Assembly: GCA_002362155.1 (NCBI GenBank)
Contig: DETN01000131.1
Span: 641-64,640, forward strand
Reading direction: 5' to 3'
From: Lachnospiraceae bacterium UBA3287
GTDB lineage: Bacteria; Bacillota; Clostridia; Lachnospirales; Lachnospiraceae
Length of the DNA stretch: 64,000 bases
Positions 9,348 to 18,972 of this stretch are shown here, one piece after another. Under the pieces are notes generated by a model. It did no database searches. It saw only the letters and a list, made by a program, of their open reading frames with translations, and was not told where the DNA came from. Every line of letters begins with the position of its first letter. The stretch's first letter is position 1. Both the position numbers and the translations under genes were made by a program.

Positions 9348-11714
9348 TTACTCTTTCAGCCGGCCCCGGGCGTCAAAAATATAGACGGTCCCGTCTACGG
9401 TCCTTTTTCCGGTATAGGCTCTGCCGTTTTTGCCGAAATAGTATTTCCTTCCGTCCGTTTCCACCCAGGAAGAGACCGCCCTTACGCCGTCTTCTCCCAG
9501 GTAATAGGTATGGCTCCCGATCTTTACAAGGCCCGTCTGCAGGGCGCCGTCCTCTCCCAGGTAGCGGGTCCCGTCCTCCAGCTTCAGCCAGCCGGTCAGA
9601 AGGACTCCGTCCTGATCAAAGAAATATGTCTTTCCTTCTATGGTCTGGCGGCCCGTGACGGCCCTGTAGTCGGATCCGAAATAATATCTTTTTCCTCCCG
9701 CGCTCCGCCAGCCGTTCCGCAGGCGGCCGCTTGCGGCCGTATAGTAGATCTTTCCGTCCAGGCTGTGAATGCCTTCCTTAATCAGGCCGTCTTCCCCCGC
9801 CAGGCATTGCTTTGATCCCGCGCTGAAAAAGCCTGTCTTCAGTTTTCCGTCGGTGCCCAGATAATATCTGCCGCCCCCGATGGTCTGCAGTCCCGTAAGA
9901 AGAATGCCTTTTTTGTCGAAGTAATATCTTTCTCCGTCAATGGTCCTCCAGCCGGTCAGGGCCCTGCCTTTTTCGGACAGGCAGTAGCGGCCTTCGCCGA
10001 TGGTCTGCCAGCCCGTCAGGGCTTTTCCGTCGGGGCCGAAATAATAGCGGCCCTTTCCGATGGTCTGCCAGCCGGTCTGCATCTTTCCGGCGGGACGGGT
10101 GCTTTTTTTGAAGAAATATACACCGTCCTCCAGGGTCAGAAGGCCGGTCTGCCGCCTGCCGTCGGGGCCGAAGTAATAATAATGGGAGCCCAGCCTGCGG
10201 ATGCCCACCAGCATGGTGCCCTCCCGGCCTTCGCCGTTGCTGAAATAGTAGCGGCCCCCGTCGATGGTCCTCCAGCCTTTTCTCATAGAGCCGCTGCTTC
10301 CCAGGTAATAGGTATCGCCGTTCAGGTGCAGGAACCCGGTCTGCATGGCCCCGGTCTCATCGAAATAATAGGTCTTTCCGCCCAGGGTCTGCCAGTGCGT
10401 CCGCATGACCCCGGCCCCGGTAAAGCAGTACTTCTTACCCCCGATGGTCTTCCAGCCGGTCTGCATGATCCCCTTCCTGTTAAAGTAGTAGGTCTTGCCC
10501 CCGATGGTCTGAAAGCCCGTCGCCTTCTCGCCGTCTATGTAATAGGATCTGCCCTCCGGGGAAGAGGCCCAGCCGTTTCTGCCGGTCTCCTCTCCCTCCT
10601 CCGCCTTCTTGAAAACGGCCTTTACAGTGACCCCTCTGCCCCATTTGAGGGCGGGCATCTTAAAGGAGTTCTTTTCGCTCAGAGTGATATAGGTGCCGGT
10701 CTGGTTGTTGCGGACCCTGAGAGAATCCAGCACATAGCCCTCGTCCGGCCGGGCCTCCACAGTGATCCTGGTCCCGATGATGGCCGTATCCGTGATCAGA
10801 GCCGGGGCGTTCTGTATGGATACCCCGCCTTTTCCGGTGATCTGGTATTTCACGTCCCTGGATTTCTGGATCAGGGCCGGCTGGTAGGGCCTCATGGCGC
10901 CCCGGTGCATATCTTTGGTGGGCCTGTAGATCATGGTATATCTGGGAAGGCTGGCCCTGCCGTCATAGTGCAGGTTCTTATAGCGCTTCAGGCATACCTC
11001 GTCGATATCGTCGACGGCGGGATTATCGCCGGGATATTTGTCCCTGCAGCCCTCTCTTCCGTGGGCGCCCACGGTCACATAGGAATTCCTTCCGGCCTCC
11101 ACCACCACTTCCGCATGGTAGTAAAGGCCTTTCTTTTTCATTTCGGAATAGGCGCTCTCGTCGTCCTCAAAGCGTTCATCCAGCTTCTTGGTGAAGATCC
11201 AGATGATATCCCCCACCTGCAGATCCCTCATTTTCGTAGAGGAGGTGATAGGGATGGCCTGAAAGCCTGCCTTGGTCATGAGCCTTTTGGAATACATGGT
11301 CTCGGCGCAGAAATTGTTCCGGACATTCTGGATCCTGGACTTGGCCGCCGCTATATCATCGTCCCTGGCAATATTGATGTACTGGGGGACGTTGTAGCCC
11401 GTGCAGTAAAGAGCGTAGTAGATCAGGGTGGAGCATACCACGTCCAGCTCAGAGCCGTTCCCTTTGCCCTTCACTTCCTCATAGGTGCCGTAGCCGTGGA
11501 TCTGGTCCTGTGCGAAATCCAGGAGCCAGGCCACATAGGGCACGTCCGGATACTGGGCGTACAGGTCCTGCCCGTAGCTGTAGCGCATGGAACTGTAGGA
11601 CGTTTTATAGGTGCTCTCCGCTTCCGTTCCCATGGGGACCGAAAGCAGCAAAAAGACCAGGACCAGGAAAAGCGCAGTGCGCGCCGCCGGCCTTCGCCTG
11701 TCAGAAAATATCAT
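9348..11714 (-). CDS. Secreted cell-wall-binding-repeat protein with a putative NlpC/P60- or Amidase_5-like peptidoglycan hydrolase domain
   Basis: Signal peptide; VCSTLIYYALY...LQVGDII...HAEVV Cys/His pattern; about 20 C-terminal TGWQTIGGxRYYF repeats; start uncertain. Confidence 0.75.
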   Translation of the reverse strand: MIFSDRRRPAARTALFLVLVFLLLSVPMGTEAESTYKTSYSSMRYSYGQDLYAQYPDVPYVAWLLDFAQDQIHGYGTYEEVKGKGNGSELDVVCSTLIYYALYCTGYNVPQYINIARDDDIAAAKSRIQNVRNNFCAETMYSKRLMTKAGFQAIPITSSTKMRDLQVGDIIWIFTKKLDERFEDDESAYSEMKKKGLYYHAEVVVEAGRNSYVTVGAHGREGCRDKYPGDNPAVDDIDEVCLKRYKNLHYDGRASLPRYTMIYRPTKDMHRGAMRPYQPALIQKSRDVKYQITGKGGVSIQNAPALITDTAIIGTRITVEARPDEGYVLDSLRVRNNQTGTYITLSEKNSFKMPALKWGRGVTVKAVFKKAEEGEETGRNGWASSPEGRSYYIDGEKATGFQTIGGKTYYFNRKGIMQTGWKTIGGKKYCFTGAGVMRTHWQTLGGKTYYFDETGAMQTGFLHLNGDTYYLGSSGSMRKGWRTIDGGRYYFSNGEGREGTMLVGIRRLGSHYYYFGPDGRRQTGLLTLEDGVYFFKKSTRPAGKMQTGWQTIGKGRYYFGPDGKALTGWQTIGEGRYCLSEKGRALTGWRTIDGERYYFDKKGILLTGLQTIGGGRYYLGTDGKLKTGFFSAGSKQCLAGEDGLIKEGIHSLDGKIYYTAASGRLRNGWRSAGGKRYYFGSDYRAVTGRQTIEGKTYFFDQDGVLLTGWLKLEDGTRYLGEDGALQTGLVKIGSHTYYLGEDGVRAVSSWVETDGRKYYFGKNGRAYTGKRTVDGTVYIFDARGRLKE

Positions 11715-11851
11715 AAGCAGCCTCTTTCTTAATAAGATCCGCGGTCTTCCCGCATATGGATCAGACATACAAAATGCAGAAGAAAGGGAAAGCCCCCGGG
11801 CGTCAGAAAGTGCATCTGCCGCTTAAGGCTCTCCTTTTTCAGGCCTCTTTT

Positions 11852-12481
11852 TCAGAGCCCCAGCATGGCCCGGATAAAGATCTCCAGACCGATAAAGATC
11901 AGAATGCAGCCGCCCAGGATGGCAGCTCTGGAGGAAAGAAGGTCCCCCGCCTTTCTGCCCAGTCTGACGCCGAATAGGCAGACCGCCATGGTCACGGCCG
12001 CAATGATCAGGGAGGCGGCCAGGGCAGCCGGGGCTGTATACTCCGCTATGGCAAAGCCCACGGACAGGGCGTCGATGGAGGTGGCGATCCCCTGCAGGAT
12101 CAGGGTCTTCCAGGCGAGCTTTTTCTCATAGGAGGATTCCCGGACCCTCTCGGGATCTCCTTCCGCTTTCCGGGCCTTGCGGTACTCTTCGATGCCCTCT
12201 CTGAGCATGCCTCCGCCGATATAGGCCAGAAGGAGCAGGGCGATCCAGGGGATGAATCTCTCCATAAAGGAAAAGACCCTGACAGCCTCGTGGACGCAGA
12301 ACCAGCCCAGTAGAGGCATCAGCCACTGGAAAAAGGAAAAGGTCCCCGCGATCCGGACCATCTCCCGCCGTTTCATGGACGCGTTCTGGATGCCGTCCGC
12401 GATGGAAACGGAAAAGGCGTCCATGGCCAGTCCGAAGCCCAGCAGTATACTGTTGAAAACAAAATAAAATGTGCCCTGCAT
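11852..12481 (-). CDS. mntP: Manganese efflux pump MntP
   Basis: GLAMDAFSVS, FQWLMPLLGW, ATSIDALSVG and GGCILIFIG motifs. Confidence 0.92.
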   Translation of the reverse strand: MQGTFYFVFNSILLGFGLAMDAFSVSIADGIQNASMKRREMVRIAGTFSFFQWLMPLLGWFCVHEAVRVFSFMERFIPWIALLLLAYIGGGMLREGIEEYRKARKAEGDPERVRESSYEKKLAWKTLILQGIATSIDALSVGFAIAEYTAPAALAASLIIAAVTMAVCLFGVRLGRKAGDLLSSRAAILGGCILIFIGLEIFIRAMLGL

Positions 12482-12676
12482 AAATACTCCTCCCGAGATC
12501 CTTTTGACCATAAGACAGGGAAGATAAGTTAGTCAACCAAAACCGCAGATCGTGGGCAGGCAATCCTGCCGGATCGCCTGTAGTCTTTGCATTTTTGCCT
12601 TAAGTTGCATATACTGGAAAAGAAATAAGAATTCCAGACAGGGCCGCCAGGGGGCGGCAGGAAGGATCTCCCCACC

Positions 12677-13918
12677 ATGGCTGATAAAAAAAATCTGAAG
12701 AACGTATACGATGATTTCTTCGGTCCCGTGATCGACGGGGTCCGGGAAGGAATAAAGGAAACCAAAAAGTCCAGAACGGCCGCCAGTCCCGAGGCTTCTC
12801 TGAAGCAGGCGGAGGACGCCCTGCAGGAGGCCAGAAGGCTTTTCGGCCAGGACGTGAAGGACTTCCTGACAGAGGAAGAGCTGGTGTCCATGGGCCTGAA
12901 GACAGAGGAAAAGGCAGAGGATGAAAAGAAGGAGGGCACGCCTCCCGCCCAGGAAGCGCCTAAGGAGGCAGTCCAGGAGGTCCCGGAGAAGGAAGAGCCC
13001 GATCCCATGGAGACTCTGGACGAGCTGATCGGCCTTGCGGATATCAAGCACGACGTCAAGGAGCTCATGGATTTCGTCAAGATCCAGAAGCTGAGAAAGG
13101 ACCAGGGCCTTAAGTCCGTTCCCGTCTCTCTCCATCTGGTATTTACCGGCAATCCCGGCACCGGCAAGACCACGGTGGCCCGCATCATCGCCAAGCTCTA
13201 CAAAAAGATCGGCGTTCTGTCCAAGGGACAGCTGGTGGAGGTGGACCGGTCCGGCCTGGTGGCAGGCTATGTGGGACAGACGGCCCTCAAATGCCAGGAC
13301 AAGATCAAGGAAGCCATGGGCGGCGTCCTCTTTATCGACGAGGCCTATGCCCTGACCGGGGACGACAGGGATACCTTCGGCCAGGAGGCGGTGGATACCA
13401 TCCTCAAGGCCATGGAAGACCACCGGGACGATCTGGTGGTGATCGTGGCCGGCTACACCGCTCCCATGGAGAAGTTCATCAATTCCAACCCCGGCCTCAA
13501 GTCCCGCTTCAACAAATATATCGAATTCCCGGACTATTCCATCGACGAGCTGGAGGCTATCTTCTACATGAACTGCAGCCGCTACGACTACAAGGTGGAC
13601 GAAGAGGCAAAGCCCCATATCCGGGCCCAGATCGTGGCCCGCAAGTTCAAACAGCTTGAGAACTTCGCCAACGCCCGCGAGGTCCGGAACATGTTCGAGG
13701 AGATCATCACCAACCAGGCCCGCAGGGTCTCCACCCTGGAAAATCCCACCGCGGATGACATGATGCTGATCACCATAGACGATCTGATGGAGGAAGGGGC
13801 CCTGAAAAAGGCGGACGAGGAAGCCCAGGCCCTTCTGAAGGAGGAAGCTCCCGCCGTTCAGGAAACTCCCGCAGAGGAAGCTCCGGCAGAGGAAGCCGAA
13901 GATAAGAAAGAAGAATAA
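12677..13918 (+). CDS. SpoVK/CbbX-family AAA+ ATPase
   Basis: LDELIGLADIK, HLVFTGNPGTGKTTVAR, LVAGYVGQTA, GGVLFIDEAY, NPGLKSRF, FANAREVRN. Confidence 0.9.
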   Translation: MADKKNLKNVYDDFFGPVIDGVREGIKETKKSRTAASPEASLKQAEDALQEARRLFGQDVKDFLTEEELVSMGLKTEEKAEDEKKEGTPPAQEAPKEAVQEVPEKEEPDPMETLDELIGLADIKHDVKELMDFVKIQKLRKDQGLKSVPVSLHLVFTGNPGTGKTTVARIIAKLYKKIGVLSKGQLVEVDRSGLVAGYVGQTALKCQDKIKEAMGGVLFIDEAYALTGDDRDTFGQEAVDTILKAMEDHRDDLVVIVAGYTAPMEKFINSNPGLKSRFNKYIEFPDYSIDELEAIFYMNCSRYDYKVDEEAKPHIRAQIVARKFKQLENFANAREVRNMFEEIITNQARRVSTLENPTADDMMLITIDDLMEEGALKKADEEAQALLKEEAPAVQETPAEEAPAEEAEDKKEE

Positions 13919-14003
13919 GAAGGTCTTTCCCGGCCGGCCCCGCCCAGGTATTTCTTGCGCGGGACCGGCCGAAATGCTACTATAGGCCTTGTAACATAAA
14001 AAA

Positions 14004-14180
14004 GCTGCAGGTGCCGGACAGATCGGACATCCGATCCCGGGTCCGGTGAAAAGGGAAACAGGTGCAAATCCTGTACGAACTCGTCACTGTAAGCGGGGAG
14101 CGATCCGCCTTTTTTATGCCACTGGGAGACCGGGAAGGCGGCGGAAAGCATCGATCCGTAAGCCAGGAGACCTGCCTGCA
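14004..14180 (+). ncRNA. Cobalamin (B12) riboswitch
   Basis: AAAAGGGAA-CAGGTGCAAATCCTG, CACTGTAA, GCCACTGGGAGACCGGGAAGGC and B12 box AGCCAGGAGACCTGCC; downstream hairpins with T-runs. Confidence 0.95.
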
Positions 14181-14340
14181 CGCTGCGGGACGCCACGAGC
14201 AACTGGCATGGTCACGCTTTGAATCAGGGGCAGTATGTATGGAAAGATCCATGCCGGGCCTTTTGTTTTGATGCGTCTTTTCCTTTTGCCGGGCTCTGTC
14301 CCGGCATTTTTTTCTGCCTCAGGCAGAGAAAGGAGTCATC

Positions 14341-14790
14341 ATGGAAAAGAAAACAGGAAACAGAAAGCTCATATGGGCCGTGGTCCTTCTGGCCCTTGCC
14401 GTTGCCGTCTTCGCCCTTGTGCACGGCATGAACAGGCCCGCTCCCCAGCAGGGCACCAAGGCCTACAGCCTGACCGTAGTGGACGACCAGGGCACCGAAA
14501 AGGCCTACAGCGGAAAGACCGACGTCGAATTTCTCTCCGGCCTCATGGACGAGCTGAAGGAAGGCGGAGATTTCACCTATGAAGCCAGCGAGTCCGATTA
14601 CGGTCTCTTTATCGAATCCGTCAACGGCCTTGCGGCCAGCTATGACGAAAACGGCTCCTACTGGGCCATCTATGTCAACGGGGAATACGGCATGTACGGA
14701 GCCGACTCCCAGCCCGTAGCAGACGGGGATTCCTTCTCCCTGGTCTACGAAGTCACAGGCGCATCCGGGGAAACGGATGCCGCCCAGTAA
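14341..14790 (+). CDS. DUF4430-domain membrane-anchored protein (putative cobalamin-binding)
   Basis: N-terminal TM; YGLFIESVNG...YWAIYVNGEYGMYGAD...V.DGD pattern; under the B12 riboswitch. Confidence 0.85.
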   Translation: MEKKTGNRKLIWAVVLLALAVAVFALVHGMNRPAPQQGTKAYSLTVVDDQGTEKAYSGKTDVEFLSGLMDELKEGGDFTYEASESDYGLFIESVNGLAASYDENGSYWAIYVNGEYGMYGADSQPVADGDSFSLVYEVTGASGETDAAQ

Positions 14791-14807
14791 GAAAAGAGGA
14801 AACGCCC

Positions 14808-15344
14808 ATGTCTTCCGGCACTGATCCCCAGATTAAAAAAGGATGGAGCGCCCGGGACATAGCCGTCACCGGGACCATGGTGGCCCTTCTGGAGATCTCC
14901 AAGAGGGCCCTGGATCTTCTGCCCAATATAGAGCTGGTCACCTTTCTCTTTATTATGTTCACCCTCTTCTACGGCTGGAAGACCCTGGCGGCGGCCATGG
15001 CCTTCGCCACCTTCGAATGCGTCTACTTCGGCTTCGGCCCCTGGACGCTGACCTATTACTATGTCTGGCCGGTCCTGATCCTTCTGGTCATGATCTCCCG
15101 GAAAAAAGGCCGGACAGAGGGGCTCTTCTATGCCACTCTGTCCGGCGCCTACGGTCTTTTCTTCGGTTTTCTCTGTTCACTCTATACCCTGGTCCTTTCA
15201 GGGCCCAGGGTCCAGTTTGCCTGGTGGGCGGCAGGGATCCCCTACGACATAGTCCACTGCATCGGGAACTTTTTCATCTGCCTGGTCCTCTTTAAGCCCA
15301 TGCATTCCCTGATGGCCTCTCTCAGAGCCCGGGATCTTCTTTAA
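14808..15344 (+). CDS. ECF S component, CbrT-like cobalamin uptake
   Basis: LPNIELVTFL, FGPW and GIPYDIVHCIGNF; hydrophobic; riboswitch context. Confidence 0.82.
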   Translation: MSSGTDPQIKKGWSARDIAVTGTMVALLEISKRALDLLPNIELVTFLFIMFTLFYGWKTLAAAMAFATFECVYFGFGPWTLTYYYVWPVLILLVMISRKKGRTEGLFYATLSGAYGLFFGFLCSLYTLVLSGPRVQFAWWAAGIPYDIVHCIGNFFICLVLFKPMHSLMASLRARDLL

Positions 15345-16224
15345 GCGTCCCGGCCATGTCCCTGATGCTGCGGACCGCATAGAGGGCAAATTCGCGGGCG
15401 GCCCTGGGAATGGTCTCTTCGTTCCCCCAGGCCAGGGCAATGGTCCTCTCCGGCTTCTCCCGGACGGGCACCACCCGGACATTGGTATCGAAGCCCCGAA
15501 GGACCCTGTTGTACATCATGGAGACCCCCAGGCCCTGTTCCACCATGGCCAGGATGGAATAATCGTCGTAGACCCTGTATTCGATCCGGGGCGTCAGTCC
15601 CAGGGATACAAAGGTGGACAGGGGCAGGGAAAAGTCCCCCTCGTCCAGAAGGATAAAGGGTTCTCCCGAAAGCTCCTGCATGGATACCTCTTCCTTTCCG
15701 GAAAGAGGATGTCCCGGCGGCAGGACCGCCATCATGGGATCCGTATATAGGATCTCCATGGAAAGCCCCTGGCACAGATCCGCGTTGAGAAAGCCCAGGT
15801 CTATGCTTCCCTCCCGGATCCACTTTTCAATACTTGTATATTCACCCTGGCGCAGGAAAAATTCCACGCTGGGGTGTTCTTCTTTAAAGGTCTTTAAAAG
15901 GACCGGCAGGAAATTGCGGCTGACGCTGGTGAAGGTCCCGATCCGGATCACGGAATCCTCCAGCGACTCCATCTCTTTCTTCTTCCGCTCCAGCGCCGCC
16001 CAGGCGCTGTCGATGGCCCTGATGTAGGGATAGATCTGCCGGCCGTCGTCGGTCAGACGGACCTGGTCCTTCTTTCTTCTGTCGATCAGGACCAGGTTCA
16101 GCTCCTTTTCCAGGGCGCGGACAGCCTGGCTGACCGCGCTCTGGGAGCAGCCCAGCTCCCGGGCCGTCCTGGTAAAATTCCCGTTCTCCACTACTCTGCA
16201 GAAGATCCCGTATCTGGAGATCAT
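15322..16224 (-). CDS. LysR-family transcriptional regulator
   Basis: NFTRTARELGCSQSAVSQAVRALEKEL HTH; MVEQGLGVS. Confidence 0.95.
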   Translation of the reverse strand: MISRYGIFCRVVENGNFTRTARELGCSQSAVSQAVRALEKELNLVLIDRRKKDQVRLTDDGRQIYPYIRAIDSAWAALERKKKEMESLEDSVIRIGTFTSVSRNFLPVLLKTFKEEHPSVEFFLRQGEYTSIEKWIREGSIDLGFLNADLCQGLSMEILYTDPMMAVLPPGHPLSGKEEVSMQELSGEPFILLDEGDFSLPLSTFVSLGLTPRIEYRVYDDYSILAMVEQGLGVSMMYNRVLRGFDTNVRVVPVREKPERTIALAWGNEETIPRAAREFALYAVRSIRDMAGTLKEDPGL

Positions 16225-17258
16225 AGGCCGCTCTCCCGGCCCGGGGCCGAAGGACCGAAAAAGTCCCTTCCCTTCCGAAACAGCCTCTCTTTGACGCCGT
16301 CTCCGGCAAAGGCCATGGACACACTGTCGAAATAGATCTTTTCGGCCTCCTCACGGGTCAGGCCGGCAAAGGCGGACAGCTTTGAAAATTCCTCCGTCAG
16401 GTCCACCCGGCTGACCGTTCTGTTGTCGGTCCCTATGCTGACGGGGACCCCGGCCTGCATAAACTCCCTGACAGGGCTGCCTGAGAAATCCGAAATGATC
16501 TTTGTCTGCACATTGGAGGTGGGGCACTGCTCAAAGCCGACGCCCCGGTCCGCCGCCAGCTCAAGAAGGGCAGGGTCTCCCGACGCGGCCGTTCCGTGGC
16601 CGATCCGTAAAGCGCCCAGGTCTATAGCTTCCCGGATGTTGGCCCGGCTCCCGCATTCGCCGGCATGGACGGTAAAGGGAAGGCCCAGGCGGATGGCCTC
16701 CTCAAAAAGATTCCGGAAGCCGTGCATGGGGAAGGAGGCCTCGTCTCCCGCCAGGTCGCAGGCCGAAACGCCTGCTCCCAGCATCTCCCTGGCCTGGCGG
16801 AACATGGCAAGGTTGGTCTCCTCCGGCAGGTGGCGCATGGCGCAGACGATGATCCCCGTCATGATGCCGGTCTCCCGCTCCGCCTTCTTCAGTCCTCTGT
16901 CCACCGCCTCTATGGCCTCCCGGACGCTCAGTCCCCCCAGGAGCTGGGTGGAGGGAGCAAAGCGGGCCTCCAGATAGACGATATTCTCTTCCGCCGCCTT
17001 TACGGCCATATCCCTGGCGCACATCTCCAGGGCGTCAGCCGTCTGCAGGCAGCGGATGGGCAGATCAAAACAGGCCAGATAGGCCGCCAGGGAGGGACAG
17101 TCGTCCGGGACCCCCATTTCTTCAAAAAGTCTTTCTTCGTCCCACTCTTCTCCCAGGTCCTTGAGGATCCTTTTCGCCGTAGGAAGGGGAAGAGACCCGT
17201 CCAGATGGCAGTGGAGGTCGATCTTGGGCATCTTCTGAATAAATTCGATATCTGTCAT
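16221..17258 (-). CDS. add: Adenosine deaminase
   Basis: PKIDLHCHLDGS, DLAGDE, TVHAGE, RIGHG, CPTSN and GTDN motifs. Confidence 0.93.
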   Translation of the reverse strand: MTDIEFIQKMPKIDLHCHLDGSLPLPTAKRILKDLGEEWDEERLFEEMGVPDDCPSLAAYLACFDLPIRCLQTADALEMCARDMAVKAAEENIVYLEARFAPSTQLLGGLSVREAIEAVDRGLKKAERETGIMTGIIVCAMRHLPEETNLAMFRQAREMLGAGVSACDLAGDEASFPMHGFRNLFEEAIRLGLPFTVHAGECGSRANIREAIDLGALRIGHGTAASGDPALLELAADRGVGFEQCPTSNVQTKIISDFSGSPVREFMQAGVPVSIGTDNRTVSRVDLTEEFSKLSAFAGLTREEAEKIYFDSVSMAFAGDGVKERLFRKGRDFFGPSAPGRESGL

Positions 17259-17289
17259 TCCTTATTCGTTCTTTCTGATTCTCTGTGTC

Positions 17290-17949
17290 TTACAGAAGCT
17301 TCTCTGCCTTTACGATCTTCACGATCCGGCTGGTGCCCAGTCTGGAAGCCCCCAGCTCAATGAACTTTTCGGCATCCGCTATGGAGGAGATGCCGCCCGC
17401 TGCCTTGATCTTTACGCCCGGTCCCACATGTTCGGCAAAAAGAGCCACGTCTTCAAAGGTGGCGCCCGCCGTGGAAAAGCCGGTGGAGGTCTTGATATAG
17501 TCCGCGCCGGCCTCGGTGACCAGGCGGCACATGGTGATCTTCTCTTCTCTGGTCAGCAGGCAGGTCTCGATGATGACCTTGAGGATCCTGTCTCCGCAGG
17601 CCTCTTTGATCTCCCGGATCTCATTTCTGACATAGTCCTCATTGCCGGCCCTGAGCTGGCCCACGTTGATGACCATGTCGATCTCATCGGCCCCGTTTTC
17701 GATGGCGTCCCTGGTCTCGAAGACCTTGCAGGCCGTGGTATGATTGCCGTTGGGGAAGCCGATGACCGTGCAGACGGCCATACGGCCCGCGGCGTATTCC
17801 GCCGCCTGCTTTACGTAGCAGGGAGGGATGCAGACAGACGCCGTACCGTACCGGATGGCGTCGTCCAGAAGAGCTTTGATCTCCTCCCAGGTGGATGCCT
17901 GCAGAAGCAGGGTATGGTCGCATTTTCCGAGGATCTCTCTGATATCCAT
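17290..17949 (-). CDS. deoC: Deoxyribose-phosphate aldolase
   Basis: [45 protein letters not shown]. Confidence 0.97.
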   Translation of the reverse strand: MDIREILGKCDHTLLLQASTWEEIKALLDDAIRYGTASVCIPPCYVKQAAEYAAGRMAVCTVIGFPNGNHTTACKVFETRDAIENGADEIDMVINVGQLRAGNEDYVRNEIREIKEACGDRILKVIIETCLLTREEKITMCRLVTEAGADYIKTSTGFSTAGATFEDVALFAEHVGPGVKIKAAGGISSIADAEKFIELGASRLGTSRIVKIVKAEKLL

Positions 17950-18045
17950 AGGCTGAATCCTTTCCTTATCCTTTTCTTAAAGACACCGCAAGGCGCCGCA
18001 GTGCAGCGCCTTGGGAAATACTGTTTTTCTGACAGACAGGCCCCA

Positions 18046-18972
18046 TTATCTGGATCTGACGAAAGGCTTGCCGTTTGCGGCGGGTGCCGCAGCATGGCCT
18101 ACCACCAGGACCAGGGCCAGGATGGTGACGATGTAGGGGATCATGGAGATCAGGTTGGGGGAGACCGCGTTGGTCATGCCGGCCAGGGTCTTGATGCCCG
18201 TGCACAGGCCGAACAGGAGGCAGGCTCCCGTGGCGCCGCCGGGGGAGAACTTGCCGAAGATGACCGCCGCGATGGCGATAAAGCCCTGACCTACGATAAC
18301 GTTGGGACGGAACTGGTTGACCGTTGCCAGCGTTACGAAGGACCCGCCCAGACCTGCCAGGAAGCCGGACAGGATCACGCAGATGTAGCGGACTCTGTAA
18401 ACGTCGATGCCCAGGGACTCGCAGGCTTCGGGATGCTCGCCGCAGGCCCGAAGGTGGGTGCCGAACCTGGTCTTGTAGAATACGAACCAGCACAGGGCTG
18501 CCAGAGCGAATACCAGGTAGGACATGATATAGCCGCCGAATACGTTGCCCGAGAAGGTGCCTACCTTAAGGATGCCGGCAAAAAACTTGGGCATGGTGGC
18601 GGTGGTGGGCAGAGCCGGCGTATCGGAGGAGTTCTCAAAGATGGACTTGCACAGGAAGAGGGCCAGGCCTGTTCCCAGGAAGTTCATGGCTGTGCCGGCA
18701 ATGGTCTGGTCGGCATGGAACTGTATGCAGACCAGAGCGTGGATGGAAGCCAGCAGAGCGCCGCAGAGGCCCCCGCAGAGAAAGCCGATCCACCAGGAGC
18801 CGGTAAAGTAGGCCACCACCGCGCCGGTAAAGGCGCCGACCGTCATCATACCTTCGATACCGATGTTGACCACGCCGCTGCGCTCCGAGAAGCAGGATCC
18901 CAGGGCCGCGAACAGAAGGGGCGGTGTGGCGATCAGAGTCGCGTTGATCAGAAGACCGAGATTGGTTAACAT
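18046..18972 (-). CDS. Nucleoside ABC transporter permease (CUT2, NupQ/NupC-like)
   Basis: SERSGVVNIGIEGMM, LRACGEHP, GQGFIAIAA, IPYIVT. Confidence 0.92.
   Translation of the reverse strand: MLTNLGLLINATLIATPPLLFAALGSCFSERSGVVNIGIEGMMTVGAFTGAVVAYFTGSWWIGFLCGGLCGALLASIHALVCIQFHADQTIAGTAMNFLGTGLALFLCKSIFENSSDTPALPTTATMPKFFAGILKVGTFSGNVFGGYIMSYLVFALAALCWFVFYKTRFGTHLRACGEHPEACESLGIDVYRVRYICVILSGFLAGLGGSFVTLATVNQFRPNVIVGQGFIAIAAVIFGKFSPGGATGACLLFGLCTGIKTLAGMTNAVSPNLISMIPYIVTILALVLVVGHAAAPAANGKPFVRSR

Noticed and set aside
9350-10580. Repeats of about 60 bp that could suggest a CRISPR array
   Set aside because: In-frame cell-wall-binding repeats inside a CDS; degenerate, with no unique spacers or cas genes
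12482-12676. Expected yybP-ykoY Mn riboswitch upstream of mntP
   Set aside because: Hairpins are present but I cannot match the conserved core; an Rfam/Infernal scan is needed
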